This document shows positions 31,130 through 33,235 of a stretch of 33,235 nt of DNA, one piece after another. Numbering within the stretch: the stretch's first letter is position 1; every line of letters begins with the position of its first letter. Under the pieces are notes generated by a model that worked only from the letters and a program-made list of their open reading frames with translations, made no database searches and was not told the origin of the DNA. Both the position numbers and the translations under genes were made by a program. Origin of the DNA: an uncultured Candidatus Saccharibacteria bacterium (GTDB lineage Bacteria; Patescibacteriota; Saccharimonadia; Saccharimonadales; CAZYVW01); NCBI GenBank assembly GCA_964651645.1, contig CAZYVW010000002.1, positions 1 through 33,235 of the forward strand, given 5' to 3'.

Positions 31130-31372
31130 ATGGCAAAACAGAAGGACCTTTATACAAATATTGTTGACGTCACGGCCGATTATCTAGGACCAGCCGCCAA
31201 GCGTTTTATAGACCGCCAGGTTCATAACCACCTTGGGAAAGAACCAGCCAAGCTAACAAACTCAGATATGCCAACGCTAGTTGATTGGTTGAGGGTATCG
31301 TTTGCGTTCTTAACTGATGATCGTCAAATGATTGACGAATTAACTACGCGTCTAAGACGCTTAGAAAACTAG
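31130..31372 (+). CDS. small hypothetical protein (80 aa, helical)
   Basis: ORF tightly packed between the membrane protein (10-nt gap) and the kinase (13-nt gap). No motif recognised. Confidence 0.5.
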   Translation: MAKQKDLYTNIVDVTADYLGPAAKRFIDRQVHNHLGKEPAKLTNSDMPTLVDWLRVSFAFLTDDRQMIDELTTRLRRLEN

Positions 31373-31385
31373 GGACTTTAGTAAA

Positions 31386-32483
31386 GTGCCAGCCCGAGAA
31401 TCTAAACAGCAAATTATTGTCCGCGAGCGGGCACGCAGCCTAGCTTTGTTTTCTAGTATTGGCGACGGAGTCATAGCCACCAATGAAGAAGGTATGATTT
31501 CTGAGGTCAATGAAGCCGCCTGCCGTATTCTGGGTTTTGAAGCCAAAGAATTACTAGGACAATGGTTCCCACGCGCCATTCACGCCGTCGATGAAAAAGG
31601 CAATGAAATATCTATGCTAAAAAGACCGGCTGCCCAGGCGATGGTCAGCGGCAAACCGGTTGTTGGCAAAACTTTTTATGTCACCAAAGCTAAACGGTTG
31701 GCCCCCGTAGCAGTCACTGTGTCGCCCATTTTAATTGATAGCCGACCGGTTGGCGCGATTGAAGTTTTCCGAGACATTACCCGAGAGCATCAAATTGATC
31801 GCATGAAAAGTGAGTTTATTTCCATTGCCTCGCACCAGCTCCGCACACCTTTGACTGCTATTAAAACCTACGCTCACTTGCTAGCTAATGGCTTTAGCGG
31901 CCAGCCCAATAAACAACAGCAAAAATTTCTTGACATCATCCTAGCTTCTAGCGACCGTATGAACGAACTAATAAATACACTGCTTGATATTGCCAAGATT
32001 GAGGAAGGCAGTCTAACCGTCAGCCCACGCAAAGTTGATGTTCACAAATTAATTCAGGAAGTCATGCAGGAACTCGCGCCGCTAGCCAAAGACAAACACA
32101 TTAATTTAGAGGCAGTTTTTAACACCAAAAACTACTCGCTGAAAACTGACCCACTCCTACTTAGAGAAATTTGCAGCAATTTGTTGTCAAATGCCATCAA
32201 ATACACCCCCAATAAAGGCCAAGTCAGCCTGATCTTGAATGAAGATGCAAAAAAGTTTAGATTTGTAATAACCGATACCGGCTTTGGTATCCCTAAGCAC
32301 CAACACAGCCGAGTTTTCAGCAAATTTTTTAGAGCAGAAAACACGCTAAAGCGGGAAGTTACCGGCTCCGGGCTGGGGCTTTATTTAGTCAAGCAGCTGG
32401 TAACGCGTTTGAAGGGCCAAATTACTTTTGAAAGTTCCGAAGGCAAAGGCACGACATTTATTTTTTCTTTGCCCAAAGCTTAA
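31386..32483 (+). CDS. soluble PAS-domain sensor histidine kinase
   Basis: 365 aa with no TM. PAS (GVIATNEEGMISEVNEAACRILG), H-box SHQLRTPLTAIK, N-box LLSNAIKYTP, G1 DTGFGIP and G2 GSGLGLYLV. GTG start. Confidence 0.9.
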   Translation: MPARESKQQIIVRERARSLALFSSIGDGVIATNEEGMISEVNEAACRILGFEAKELLGQWFPRAIHAVDEKGNEISMLKRPAAQAMVSGKPVVGKTFYVTKAKRLAPVAVTVSPILIDSRPVGAIEVFRDITREHQIDRMKSEFISIASHQLRTPLTAIKTYAHLLANGFSGQPNKQQQKFLDIILASSDRMNELINTLLDIAKIEEGSLTVSPRKVDVHKLIQEVMQELAPLAKDKHINLEAVFNTKNYSLKTDPLLLREICSNLLSNAIKYTPNKGQVSLILNEDAKKFRFVITDTGFGIPKHQHSRVFSKFFRAENTLKREVTGSGLGLYLVKQLVTRLKGQITFESSEGKGTTFIFSLPKA

Positions 32484-32564
32484 AGTAAGCTTTTGTTTTT
32501 GATATATTTAGAACTTAGAAGAATCAGTTATACTAGATCTGAACTTTGGAGGAGTGAGAAGAAA

Positions 32565-32948
32565 ATGGCAAAAGTGCTAATTGTTGAAGATGACAAAGTC
32601 TTAAACCAGGCCTACACAATGATCCTAAAGAGAGAGGGCCACACTGTCAAAACTGCCTTTGACGGCAAGCAAGCTTTACAAATCGTTAAAGTTTTCAACC
32701 CGACTATTATTTTACTAGATCTGCTTATGCCAGAGGTCAGCGGCCTGGAATTTCTCAAGCAATACGACCATAAGAGCCGTCCTAAAACCTACGTAGTGAT
32801 TCTTAGCAATCTTGGCGATGAGGATGCCGTCAAGCAAGCAATGCGCCTCGGCGCTTATAAATATATAGTCAAAGCCCACTCTTCCCCATCGGAATTGTCA
32901 GTGCTTGTTAATCATTTGATAAGCAAAAATATTGAAAAGAAACTCTAA
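32565..32948 (+). CDS. single-domain (CheY-like, receiver-only) response regulator
   Basis: 127 aa from ATG 32565, with SD GGAGG at 32549-32553. It has the EDD acidic pocket, phospho-acceptor D in ILLDLLMP, S in ILSNL and K in YIVKA, and no output domain. Confidence 0.9.
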   Translation: MAKVLIVEDDKVLNQAYTMILKREGHTVKTAFDGKQALQIVKVFNPTIILLDLLMPEVSGLEFLKQYDHKSRPKTYVVILSNLGDEDAVKQAMRLGAYKYIVKAHSSPSELSVLVNHLISKNIEKKL

Positions 32949-33079
32949 AGCTGTGGAAAACTAGGATTCCCTACGGATAGTATCCCAGAAAAACAGCTTT
33001 GATAAATATCTCGCAGAGAGCTTGTGCTTAGGTGTCTATACTTCAAGTTGTATTATCAACCTAATAGGGAGGGGTAGAC

Positions 33080-33229
33080 ATGGCAAAGATTCACTTTCTC
33101 ACAAGACCGACCCCGCTGTCACAACTGAACAGCGAGGACCTTGAGGAGCTTTTCTCGGACGATTGGCGAGAAAAGGCCGAGCGCCTGCAACGCCGCCGTT
33201 GGCGGAAGCTAAAGCACGCAGCCCTTTAG
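33080..33229 (+). CDS. possible small protein (49 aa) with Arg-rich C-terminus
   Basis: This ORF is not in the track (under 60 aa). It is preceded by the strong SD-like AGGGAGGGG (33067-33075) at good spacing. Sequence: MAKIHFLTRPTPLSQLNSEDLEELFSDDWREKAERLQRRRWRKLKHAAL. Confidence 0.3.
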   Translation: MAKIHFLTRPTPLSQLNSEDLEELFSDDWREKAERLQRRRWRKLKHAAL

Positions 33230-33235
33230 CTTACC

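Noticed and set aside
31386-33235. PAS kinase plus receiver-only protein as a Detocs-like defensive two-component system
   Set aside because: That system needs a third gene encoding a receiver fused to an effector such as a nucleosidase. Downstream here there is only a 49-codon ORF before the window ends, so nothing supports a defence role.
1-33235. Search for CRISPR arrays, IS elements, integrases, prophage genes, rRNA and long direct or inverted repeats
   Set aside because: None was seen. Coding density leaves no room for arrays, and the longest intergenic stretches (about 150-260 nt) are explained by leaders, promoters and terminators.

Overview
Almost fully coding (over 90%), roughly 45-50% GC by eye, with many overlapping gene junctions. 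This looks like a streamlined bacterial chromosome, and the gene content would fit a Patescibacteria/CPR (Saccharibacteria-like) genome, though that is inference only. No CRISPR array, IS element, integrase or rRNA was found. Gene order: P-loop kinase, DUF45 metallohydrolase, secE-nusG, ORFan, rplK, ORFan, rplA, tmk, dcd, tmk::thyX fusion, reverse ORFan, rplJ-rplL, unknown protein, two DMT permeases, dnaX, dnaB, a GT-C-like membrane protein, ybaB, recR, nrnA-like DHH, cysS. A minus-strand envelope block follows (AI-2E transporter, GT4, alpha/beta hydrolase), then VanY-type and S11-type DD-peptidases, tRNA-Gln(UUG) and two VOC proteins. The window ends with a large membrane protein fused to a PIG-L deacetylase, a GtrB/ArnC-type GT2, a membrane protein, a small protein, a soluble PAS histidine kinase and a receiver-only response regulator. 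Most notable points: (1) the conserved nusG-rplKA-rplJL cluster is broken at three junctions by ORFans with a shared ATA/AGR-rich codon signature, and it also hosts a complete dCTP->dTDP module. (2) Thymidylate kinase is fused to a tandem ThyX whose two halves keep complementary parts of the ThyX motif. (3) A polyprenyl-phosphate-type GT2 sits next to a polytopic membrane protein fused to a PIG-L deacetylase, an Arn/PpgS-like logic for amino-sugar decoration of the envelope. (4) L1 carries a ~90-aa charged N-terminal extension, and candidate L1 and L10 autoregulatory leaders are present. (5) Back-to-back promoters flank a 10-bp palindrome, one of them implying a leaderless ORFan mRNA. None of these can be shown to be a new system from sequence alone. 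All functional calls come from motif recognition by eye.
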